IMG/VR virus record: IMGVR_UViG_3300020185_000013
Location: 32,001-96,000 of that record
DNA length: 64,000 bases
Source: a virus
Strand: one strand, 5' to 3'
The stretch's first letter is position 1. Each line of letters opens with the position of its first letter. Position numbers and translations under genes: made by a program. The notes below the pieces were generated by a model, which had not been told where the DNA came from, ran no database searches, and worked only from the letters and a program-made list of their open reading frames with translations. This document shows positions 57,946 to 64,000 of this stretch, one piece after another.

Positions 57946-58312
57946 AAAAAAGAACTACCTAAACAATAGAGACCTTTATGATGAAATCGTAAAGTCAAAG
58001 GAACAGGATCAGCTTACACCAAAGGCTGAAAAAATGCTTGTTATGTTGGCTGAACGCGCAATTCGTAAATTAACCTATGTTAGTGAAGACGATAGAAACG
58101 ATTGTTTACAATTTGCGCTATTAGATTTATTAAAGTATTGGAGAAACTTTAACCCAAAGTATACGAATGCCTTTGCATACTTTACTGAGATTGCAAAGCG
58201 TGGATATGCGAAAGGTTGGAATAAAATCCACCCTAAAAAATACAAGTCTACCCTATCGCTTGATAAAAATAGCGGAAGCTCAGATCATGAGGGTGGATTG
58301 TTCAATATCTGA
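57938..58312 (+). CDS. gp55: Late transcription sigma factor, gp55-like
   Basis: MARKKNYLNNRDLY..NFNPKYTNAFAYFTEI; ATG 57938 preferred to TTG 57887. Confidence 0.85.
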   Translation: MARKKNYLNNRDLYDEIVKSKEQDQLTPKAEKMLVMLAERAIRKLTYVSEDDRNDCLQFALLDLLKYWRNFNPKYTNAFAYFTEIAKRGYAKGWNKIHPKKYKSTLSLDKNSGSSDHEGGLFNI

Positions 58313-58788
58313 TGTCAATAAAGAATGTAAAACCAACTAAAAATTCAGGATTTAACCAAGGATATTTCACACCAACATACCCGCAGAAATACCTTGGCAA
58401 ACCTCCTATTATCTACAGGTCATCATGGGAACGCAAATTTATGATTATGTGCGACTCTAGAGATGATGTCGTGGCGTGGTCCAGCGAACCTGTAGAGATT
58501 AAATATTGGTCTACATTAGATTCTAAAGTCAGAAAGTATTACCCTGATTTTTATATGAAAGTACAAAAAGGTGAAGGTATCTTTGAAGAATTTCTGGTAG
58601 AGATTAAACCATCAGAACAACTTAAAAAACCACAACCTCCAAAAAAGAATTCTAAAAAGGCTCTTAACTCATATAAGTTTTTAGCCGAACAGTTCGTTAT
58701 TAATCGCGATAAATACATATATGCTAAAAAGTGGGCGGAAGAAAGAGGTTGGCGATTTATTGTCTTAACTGAAAAGACACTTAAATAA
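58312..58788 (+). CDS. gp4: Head completion nuclease gp4 (TnsA-like)
   Basis: YRSSWE, WSSEP, YYPDF, VEIKP, F.VLTE. Confidence 0.88.
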   Translation: MSIKNVKPTKNSGFNQGYFTPTYPQKYLGKPPIIYRSSWERKFMIMCDSRDDVVAWSSEPVEIKYWSTLDSKVRKYYPDFYMKVQKGEGIFEEFLVEIKPSEQLKKPQPPKKNSKKALNSYKFLAEQFVINRDKYIYAKKWAEERGWRFIVLTEKTLK

Positions 58789-59387
58789 TGGGTGAAATCA
58801 AACGACAAATCAGAAAACTAAGTAAAGGCGCCGGTGGTAAACCATTGGCTAGAAGATCTGCTGAAAAGTGGTTTAGTGCTGGCAAAAGAAAAAGGTCAGA
58901 TAAGTCAGTATCTTCAACCGGTCAAAGATTTAGACCTGGTAAAATTTATGTGTTTGAATATAAGACACCAAAGGGAATAGACCGTTTAGAATGGTGGGAT
59001 CAGAATCCGGTTGTACTTGCATTAGATCCATATAAGGGAAACGACGTTGGAATTAACCTTAACCTTTTACCAGTTACAGTAAAAGAAGAAATGCTAGACT
59101 TGGTATATGACAGAATGCAGGGTCAAATTAAAAGTCAAACAATGGGATCTAAATCTGGAGATGCGCAAAGACAAGGACAGATACAATTTAGTTATGAAGG
59201 TGCAAGGTCATTCTTAAAAAGATATGGATATGATTTTGCAATTAGACAATACATACCGAATCTAAAGTCAAATCAAGCAGTAATTGCTTATGAAAATTGG
59301 GCAAATATTGCACTTTGTGATTTTATAGATTTAAATGGAAGTAGTGTTGCTAGTGTCAGAGCCCAATTTAGAAAACATAACAGATAA
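58788..59387 (+). CDS. gp2: DNA end protector protein gp2-like
   Basis: PGKIYVFEY..WWDQNPVVL..GINLNLLP. Confidence 0.75.
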   Translation: MGEIKRQIRKLSKGAGGKPLARRSAEKWFSAGKRKRSDKSVSSTGQRFRPGKIYVFEYKTPKGIDRLEWWDQNPVVLALDPYKGNDVGINLNLLPVTVKEEMLDLVYDRMQGQIKSQTMGSKSGDAQRQGQIQFSYEGARSFLKRYGYDFAIRQYIPNLKSNQAVIAYENWANIALCDFIDLNGSSVASVRAQFRKHNR

Positions 59388-59424
59388 CAAGAATATATAC
59401 TAAAGAATATAATATTAACCTACA

Positions 59425-61020
59425 ATGGCAGGATTTACTAATAACAACAATGGTCCATTAAGTACCAATAAAAGACCTTTTAGACTTTCAGATTCTCTGA
59501 GAGCTCTTTCGTCGTTTGGTATGAGATATGACGACCTTGTATTAAGACAGTCTCAAGCAATTGGTCCAATGGAGGATCAAATAGGTTATGGTCAAATGAA
59601 CCCACTTGGATGGGACAATGATGATATCTATGGAGCTTTTGCTGCTCTTTCAATGACCGATATTAACCTAAAGAAAAACATTCCATTCTTTGATAAAGAC
59701 TATGTTGGAAAAAGAGACGACTTAAGAAGATTCTCGATGAATGATGAGATTGAGGATATCTTAGACATTTTAAGTGATGAGACGATTGTTTATGATGATA
59801 AGAATTTCTTTTGTCAACCTGAAATTTTAGGAATGGATGCATCTGGAGATGTTGAAAAGGACCTTAACAAATACTTTAAGCAAATCTATCAATACTTTGG
59901 ATTCACTCAAGATCAATCAGCATGGTACTATTTTAGAAAGTTCTTAATTGATGGTTACCTTGCATTTGAAATTATCTATTCACCGGATCAAAAGACCGTA
60001 ATTGGTTTTAAAGAACTTGATCCAATCACACTAGTACCTGGTTATAATAAAGAGGACGGTAAGAAAGTTTGGATTCAATATAAGGACGATCCAATCAAGC
60101 AGAGAAAACTATACGATTCTCAAATTGTATACATCTCATATTCGTCAATTACAACCGCATCTAGAGTTTCATACGTTGAAAGATTGGTTAGATCGTATAA
60201 CCTTCTTCGCATCATGGAACACACTCGAGTGATTTGGGCTACAACTAACTCGAGCTTTAGAATGAAATTCATTATCCCAGTTGGGGGTAAATCTAAAACA
60301 CGTGCTAAACAATCGCTAGCTCAATTGATGCATTCATATAAAGAGAATGTTGAATTTGATTGGGATAGTGGAACTCTACAAACTGATGGTAAACCAATGC
60401 TACAGTTTAATAAAGAGTACTGGCTACCAAGTAAAGAGGGAGAGAGCCCTGAAATTGAAACACTTGGAGGAGACGGACCAGACCTATCAGATACAGAAGC
60501 ACTAAAATACTTTGCTGATAAACTAAAACACGTTTCAAAGATTCCGTATTCACGTTTCCTATATGAAGACGGCGGTGGTGATTTCAATATGGCTGCTGAT
60601 GGTATGATTCGCGATGAAATTAAATTCTCTAAATTCGTTAAGCGTTTAAGATCTACATTCCAAGAGATTTTGGTTAAGCCATTATACTTGCAAATGTGTC
60701 TTAAGTACCCTGAATTTGAGAACGATCCACAATTCAAAACTCAAGTTGCTCTAAGATTTAACGAAGAGAACGTATTTGCTGAACTTAAGAATTACGAAAT
60801 AATGGAGCGTCGCCTAGACTTTATTGGTCAAATGCGCGATAGTCTAGTAGAAACCAATCCAGAAACAATGGATGAAGAATACTTCTTCGATATGGACTTC
60901 CTAGTTAAGAAATACTTAAAAATCAACGATGATGATTTAGCAGCTAATGCAGCAGCAAAAGCATCGAAAGCAGCAGAAGAGGCTGGAGAGGAACCAGAAG
61001 ACGAAATGGGCGGATTCTAA
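59425..61020 (+). CDS. gp20: Portal protein
   Basis: FRKFLIDG, YVERL, EYWLP..EG..EIETLGG, RDEIKFSKFVKRLR. Confidence 0.92.
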   Translation: MAGFTNNNNGPLSTNKRPFRLSDSLRALSSFGMRYDDLVLRQSQAIGPMEDQIGYGQMNPLGWDNDDIYGAFAALSMTDINLKKNIPFFDKDYVGKRDDLRRFSMNDEIEDILDILSDETIVYDDKNFFCQPEILGMDASGDVEKDLNKYFKQIYQYFGFTQDQSAWYYFRKFLIDGYLAFEIIYSPDQKTVIGFKELDPITLVPGYNKEDGKKVWIQYKDDPIKQRKLYDSQIVYISYSSITTASRVSYVERLVRSYNLLRIMEHTRVIWATTNSSFRMKFIIPVGGKSKTRAKQSLAQLMHSYKENVEFDWDSGTLQTDGKPMLQFNKEYWLPSKEGESPEIETLGGDGPDLSDTEALKYFADKLKHVSKIPYSRFLYEDGGGDFNMAADGMIRDEIKFSKFVKRLRSTFQEILVKPLYLQMCLKYPEFENDPQFKTQVALRFNEENVFAELKNYEIMERRLDFIGQMRDSLVETNPETMDEEYFFDMDFLVKKYLKINDDDLAANAAAKASKAAEEAGEEPEDEMGGF

Positions 61021-61036
61021 AAAAGATAAATAGTTT

Positions 61037-61408
61037 ATGAAATACGTAAAATTATTTGAGCAGTTCATCAAAGAGAACACAGCAAAACCAAATCCAGATT
61101 CGGATGTTGTTGCTGATGACATCACACTTGAAGATGAAAGAGTTATTAGCTCAGCTGAAATCATTGGCGCTATAATTAATAGTGAAAGTGAAAAAGAGCT
61201 AGAGGATTACTTTTATGATAAATATGGTCAAACTGCATTTAGAGCAGGAGAACTAGCTGGGATTAAACAACTTTGGAATGAATACCAAGCCGAAGTTAAA
61301 GAATTAGAAGCTGAAGAGGAAGGAGAGGCTCCGGCTACAGAAGGAGAACCTGAAGCTGAAGGAGAATCTGAAGATGGTGCAGCTGACGATATTCTAGACG
61401 ACCTATAA
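61037..61408 (+). CDS. CTS-tagged acidic prohead core protein
   Basis: MKYVKLFEQFIKE; between portal and protease, the position of T4 gp67/68; GATAAATA at 61025. Confidence 0.55.
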   Translation: MKYVKLFEQFIKENTAKPNPDSDVVADDITLEDERVISSAEIIGAIINSESEKELEDYFYDKYGQTAFRAGELAGIKQLWNEYQAEVKELEAEEEGEAPATEGEPEAEGESEDGAADDILDDL

Positions 61409-61457
61409 AAGTTTATCATAATAAAAAGATATATAAAAAAACAATAAAACTCAAAAT

Positions 61458-63458
61458 ATGGAAAATATGAAGGATCTTTTGATTGTAGAGATGTCATCGA
61501 ACGCTCTTTCTGTAGAAAATACAGAATCAAAAGACTATGTTTTGGAGGGTATCTTTGGTGAAATTGATGTCAAAAACAAGAACCAAAGAATTTATACTGA
61601 GGACGAATACGTACCTCAAATTGAAGCTCTTCAGCAGAAAATCAAGTCAGGTAAACTGTTAGGTGAATTAGATCACCCATCACAGTTTGATGTTTCTTTA
61701 AAGAACGTTTCACACGTTATCGAGGAACTATACTATGACGGTGAAAAGAAGCAAGTAAGAGGTCGTATCAGACTTTTAGATACTGATGCTGGTCGCCAAG
61801 CAAAAGCATTAGTTGATGCGGGCGTACCTCTACAAATCTCATCAAGAGCAGCTGGTGCAGTTGAATCAAATGGTCAAGTAAAAATCAAACAACTATTTAC
61901 TTATGACCTAGTAGCTGATCCAGGATTTGAAAACGCTGAACTAAAGCGCGTTAACGAATCTTACGGTTTTACTACTGAAGGTGGCTTGTATATTTATGAG
62001 ATAAATAAAGAACAAGAAAACATTACAACAACTCAAATTATAGAAAATCAAGAAATGGCAGACTTTGTAAAAGCTGACGACTTCAACAAGTACACTGAGT
62101 ACCTTGCAAATGAAATCAAGTCGTTAAAAGAAGCAATCGAAACAACGAACCAGCCTGTTGAGAGTGAAGTATCTGAAGCAGATCTAAACGCTGTTAGAGA
62201 GCACAACGACCACATTGTTGAGAACTTTAACAATCTTTCAGAGTACGTTAAGTACCTTGCAGAAAAGCTAGATCAATCAATTCAATACTCTGAGCATGTA
62301 GCTGAAAAAGCTGATCAAGGAATTCAGTACTCTGAAGAAGTAGCTGAAAAACTAGACCAGTCAATCCAATACACTGAGCATTTAGCAGAGGGTATGGAAA
62401 AGGTAAAAGAATACGCTAACTATTTAGCTGAAGCTCACAATGAGAACACAACTTCAGGCGAAAAGTTAATCGAGTACGTTGACTACCTAAAACAAAATCT
62501 ACAGTCAGTAACTGAATACGCTCAGTACATTGCTGAATCTATCAACGAAAATCTAGTAGTTGAAGAATTAGGCGAAGGATCAGATGATGAAGGTGCTGCT
62601 AAGGATATGGAAGAAATCGAAAAGAAAGATTCTGAAGTTGGTAACAACGCTGAAGAAGGAGATGTAGAAGGAGAAGAAGTAGCTCTACCTGCAGAAGAAA
62701 TCGAAGCAGAAGACACAAAAGTAAATACTGAAGCTGATAAGAAAACTACAGATACTTCAGCTGAATTAGAAGCAGATCTAGAAGGAGATGCAGACGATGC
62801 TGGTAAAGAAGTAGTTGAATCTTCTGAAGAAGTTGAAGAAACTGAAGAAGTAGCTGGAGAAGAATCTGCTAAAGACATGGAAGAAATCGAAGATGAGCAC
62901 GAAGAAGAAATGGAAGAAGAAGTTTCTGCTGCTGAGGCTTACAAAAACGAAATCTCTAGCAAACTAAGCTCACTAGTTGAAGCTGCTACGAAGAAAGAAA
63001 ACGAAAATCCATCATTCTTTAAAATCGTTTCTTCAAACGTTCAAGAAAAGTACAACGCACTTAACGAAGATGCTAAGACTGAAGTTAGAAGAGCAGTTTC
63101 TAAGAGAGGCTTTATGACTGAATCACAAATCGAATCAATCATCGAAAGCTCTAATCTAATCGTAGAAAACAGAAATGCTGAACCGTTCTTCATTACTGCA
63201 ATGCCAGTAGAATACAAAGAAGCATGGGAAACTCTATCTGAATCTAAGAAGAATCAAATCATGGCTCAATCTAAGTACCACAAACTTGGAACTGAGTACC
63301 AGGTAAGAAACTTCTGGCAAACAAGAGACCTTAGAGAGACTGCTCCAGTAATGGAAAAGCTTGAAATGGTTAAAGAATCTAAAGAAGAAGAAAAGAAAGG
63401 TCTAGGATATGATATAACTTCATATGCTGAACAATTCAAAAAGAGATTCAATAAATAA
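61458..63458 (+). CDS. gp21: Prohead protease (gp21) fused to scaffold/core (gp22-like)
   Basis: LEGIF..KNKNQRIY, LGELDHP, VSH, ISSRAAG, YDLVADPG, then ~480 aa of acidic coiled coil. Confidence 0.88.
   Translation: MENMKDLLIVEMSSNALSVENTESKDYVLEGIFGEIDVKNKNQRIYTEDEYVPQIEALQQKIKSGKLLGELDHPSQFDVSLKNVSHVIEELYYDGEKKQVRGRIRLLDTDAGRQAKALVDAGVPLQISSRAAGAVESNGQVKIKQLFTYDLVADPGFENAELKRVNESYGFTTEGGLYIYEINKEQENITTTQIIENQEMADFVKADDFNKYTEYLANEIKSLKEAIETTNQPVESEVSEADLNAVREHNDHIVENFNNLSEYVKYLAEKLDQSIQYSEHVAEKADQGIQYSEEVAEKLDQSIQYTEHLAEGMEKVKEYANYLAEAHNENTTSGEKLIEYVDYLKQNLQSVTEYAQYIAESINENLVVEELGEGSDDEGAAKDMEEIEKKDSEVGNNAEEGDVEGEEVALPAEEIEAEDTKVNTEADKKTTDTSAELEADLEGDADDAGKEVVESSEEVEETEEVAGEESAKDMEEIEDEHEEEMEEEVSAAEAYKNEISSKLSSLVEAATKKENENPSFFKIVSSNVQEKYNALNEDAKTEVRRAVSKRGFMTESQIESIIESSNLIVENRNAEPFFITAMPVEYKEAWETLSESKKNQIMAQSKYHKLGTEYQVRNFWQTRDLRETAPVMEKLEMVKESKEEEKKGLGYDITSYAEQFKKRFNK
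62241..62432 (+). repeat. ~42-nt (14-aa) coding repeat in the scaffold domain
   Basis: EYVKYLAEKLDQSI/QYSEHVAEKADQGI/QYSEEVAEKLDQSI/QYTEHLAEGMEKVK/EYANYLAE. Confidence 0.7.
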
Positions 63459-63459
63459 G

Positions 63460-63467
63460 GATATATA
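63460..63467 (+). promoter_or_regulatory. Putative late promoter of the major capsid gene
   Basis: GATATATA immediately after the scaffold stop. Confidence 0.65.
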
Positions 63468-63551
63468 AAAAGATATCGACGATAGGGCGACAGAAGCAGA
63501 AAGCCCAAATATGTCGAGTTTAAACAACAAACAAAAACAAAAATCTGAAAA

Positions 63552-64000
63552 ATGGCAAATTTAATTAATGAGGCAGAAATCAGAAGTACTTGGGCTCCTG
63601 TAATTGAGGAAGCAACTGGTATCAATGATTCTAACAAGCTGGCTTGGATGTCAACTTACTGTCACAACCACAAGCTATACGAAGATGCTAACATGATGAG
63701 CTTAGGTTCAGTTGGTTCTTTCAATAGCATGAACATCGGAGGTATGGGCGCTGTAGTTCTACCAGACACGGCAACTGGATTTGACGCACAAAGAGGTTCT
63801 GGAGACAAAGCTCCAACTCTACTTCCACTAGCAATGCAAGTTGCTGCACAAACAATCGGTCTAGATTTAGTACCGGTAATCCCAATGGCAGGTCCAATGG
63901 GTCTTTTATCTTACCTAGACTTCGTATACGAAGGTGGTAGAACTGATAACGACGTAACTCCAACTTACGTAAAAGTTGATGGTACTGGCTTATCTGTTAA
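63552..64000 (+). CDS. gp23: Major capsid protein, partial (runs off window)
   Basis: My translation: MANLINEAEIRSTWAPVIE..LLPLAMQVAAQTIGLDLVPVIPMAGPMG..YLDFVY; follows protease/scaffold. Confidence 0.9.
   Translation, partial: MANLINEAEIRSTWAPVIEEATGINDSNKLAWMSTYCHNHKLYEDANMMSLGSVGSFNSMNIGGMGAVVLPDTATGFDAQRGSGDKAPTLLPLAMQVAAQTIGLDLVPVIPMAGPMGLLSYLDFVYEGGRTDNDVTPTYVKVDGTGLSV

Noticed and set aside
58312-58788. TnsA transposase / mobile element
   Set aside because: The TnsA-like fold here is T4 gp4 in its usual gp4-gp2 head context; no transposon ends or partner genes
263-63963. The many short minus-strand and nested plus-strand ORFs in the track
   Set aside because: They overlap well-supported + strand genes and have shadow-ORF composition (e.g. 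63721-63963 is antisense to the capsid gene)
1-64000. Stop-codon reassignment as in some large phages
   Set aside because: Genes are full-length and densely packed in code 11; TAG (55586, 57945) and TGA (52373, 53919) act as normal stops

Overview
Core region of a large, AT-rich T4-like (myovirus) phage genome. Essentially all real genes are on the + strand in standard code 11. The host is most likely Bacteroidota/Flavobacteria. Evidence for this is A-rich leaders without Shine-Dalgarno motifs, a Bacteroidota-style S1 N-terminus (FNWDGYE) and a TAnnTTTG element. Gene order: baseplate spike end, ribosomal protein S1 homologue, amidoligase, neck/baseplate/fibre module (4-28 kb), RuvC-like nuclease, gp32, primase, UvsY and UvsW. 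Next is a ~9 kb block (34-43 kb) of proteins carrying an MKH(I/V)KLFEQF..NE capsid-targeting-like tag, including two RNA-ligase-fold proteins, one fused to a HIGH nucleotidyltransferase. Then comes a family-B DNA polymerase split into two genes around nrdB-nrdA-clamp, followed by UvsX, gp41, gp47/46, gp15, gp55, gp4, gp2, portal, a fused protease-scaffold and the start of the major capsid gene. Two promoter classes can be read directly from the DNA: RATAWATA before virion genes and GAAAC-N17-TATAA before replication genes. All protein calls come from motifs recognised by eye, not from database searches.
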